A stretch of 64,000 bases of DNA from Mobula hypostoma. Lineage: Eukaryota. The notes below the pieces were generated by a model that had not been told where the DNA came from, made no database searches, and saw only the letters and a list, made by a program, of their open reading frames with translations. The DNA lies in the NCBI RefSeq assembly GCF_963921235.1, contig NC_086100.1:172546001-172610000 (forward strand), read 5' to 3'. Shown here in pieces: positions 62,440-64,000 of this stretch. How positions within the stretch are numbered: position 1 is the first letter of the stretch; every line of letters begins with the position of its first letter. The position numbers and the translations under genes are program-made.

Positions 62440-63900
62440 AACACAAAACAGGTACAGTGATGTTGTGTCGAACTAATTCAATTCGTAATAAAAAGCCCAA
62501 CAAAAGTAATCAGTCTGCACAATGTCCATATCCTTCCATTTCCCACAGATTCACATGCCCGTCCAAGAACGCCTATATGGAATGCCTATATTGCACTTGA
62601 CTCCACCACGACCTGTGGCAGCTTACTCCAGGAAACAACCACTCTTACATTAAATGGATGCTCACTGGAATAAGACCTTTCAACCCTGGAAAAAAAGATA
62701 GCAGCTATCTATTCTCCCCGTGCCTCTCAGACTTCCCCTCTGTCTCCACTGCTCCAGAGAAAACAACCCAGGTTTATCTAACATCTCCTTATAGCAGATG
62801 CCCTCTAATCCAAGTAGTATCCTGGTAAACTTTTACTGCACCTTCTCCAAAGCCTTGACATTCTTCCTATAATGACACAACCAGAATTCAATACAATACC
62901 CCAGATGCAGCCTAACACGTGTTTTATAAAGGTGCAACATAATTTCCCGACTCTTGAACTCAGTTCCTCGACTAATAAAGGCAAGGATACCAAGTGCTTT
63001 CTTTACACCTTATCGACATGCAGCCACTCTCAAGAAGCTATAGACTTGAACAACAAAATCCTTCTGCACGTCAGCACTGTTAAGAGCCCTGTCATTAACA
63101 GAACACTATTCCTTTACATTTGATCTCCCAAAGTGCATAACCTCATAGTTGGACTGATTAAATTCCATCTGCCATTTCTCCACCTATATCTGTAACTGAT
63201 CTATATCCTGCTGTGTTCTTTGCTGGTCATCTATGTTATCCACAACACCACCAATCCTTGCATCACCTTCATTGACTGGTAATAAAACAAACAGCTTAAG
63301 ACCCTGTACAGATCCCTGCAGAACACCATGAGTCATGGAACTCCAGACCAATACGCTCTTTCTTCTATTGGCAAGCCAAGTGGCCTAAGCACCTCAGATC
63401 CCATGCATCTTAATCTTCTGGCTGAGCCTCCCATGAGGGAACTTGTCAAATACCTTACTAAAACCCATGTAGGCAATATCCACAGTTCTACCTTCATCCA
63501 TTACCCTTGTCAAAAACTCAGTTAATTTAGTCAGACATGACATTTAGTCATGCCCTGCACAATGCCATACTGACTGTCCTAGTTATGTTTTCCAAATGCT
63601 TAGATCATATTCCTAAGAATCATCTCCATTAACTTTCCTTGAACTGACTTGAAACTTACCAGTAAATAGTTTCTAACATTATACCTATTTCACATTGGCT
63701 ACTTGCCAGTTCTTCTGGATCTGGTCTGTGGCTAGACAAGAGAAGACACAAAGTTATCGGTCAAGGTCACAGCAATCTTATCCCTGCCTCTCTCAACAGC
63801 TTGAGATATATCCCATTGGGTTCTGGGGACTTAACCACCTTAATGTTCTTTAAGAGATTAAACACTGCCTCCTCCTTTAGCTCAAGATACCCGAACATCA
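62440..63900 (-). mobile_element. Old CR1 fragment
   Basis: Collinear similarity to 46746-48257. Confidence 0.7.
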
Positions 63901-64000
63901 TCTTATACTCCACCTCCATGTGTGCAGATGCTTGATCTGATCCATTGTATGATTGTTTAGTCCTCTTTGTTGCATGCTGCTTTTGTTGTTTAGTGTTCCT

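Noticed and set aside
37008-64000. SLBP, expected from human synteny
   Set aside because: No SLBP-like coding sequence or CpG island seen in the window.

Overview
Eukaryotic vertebrate genomic DNA, most likely a cartilaginous fish (ray or shark). This is inferred from the repeat content (CR1, Rex/Babar, Penelope, V-SINE/HE1-like, Tc1, Tigger, hAT); it is not proven. There are two recognisable genes in head-to-head arrangement. The first is the 5' part of TACC3 on the minus strand: CpG-island promoter near 18.1-18.3 kb, non-coding exon 1, and coding exons at about 15.9-16.1, 15.2-15.4, 11.7-11.8, 10.3-11.3 and 5.9-6.1 kb; the TACC coiled-coil exons were not found and presumably lie left of the window. 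The second is a complete four-exon TMEM129 (361 aa) on the plus strand, 27358-37007. Most of the rest is transposable-element derived. Highlights: (1) a dispersed family of Penelope-associated minimal hammerhead ribozyme motifs, including one intact copy in the loop of a perfect 53-bp inverted repeat, flanked by a 14-bp TSD, about 1.1 kb upstream of TMEM129; (2) a very young L1-clade LINE with an uninterrupted ORF2 and a 15-bp TSD, truncated within the first codons of the endonuclease; (3) a 1344-bp solo LTR in a TACC3 intron; (4) an orphan signal-peptide-like first exon at 58002-58086 that the ORF track misses; (5) TACC3 and TMEM129 each have their own promoter, about 9 kb apart, whereas the human genes start close together. 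Repeat family names come from remembered motifs, not from database searches, and boundaries of decayed repeats are approximate.
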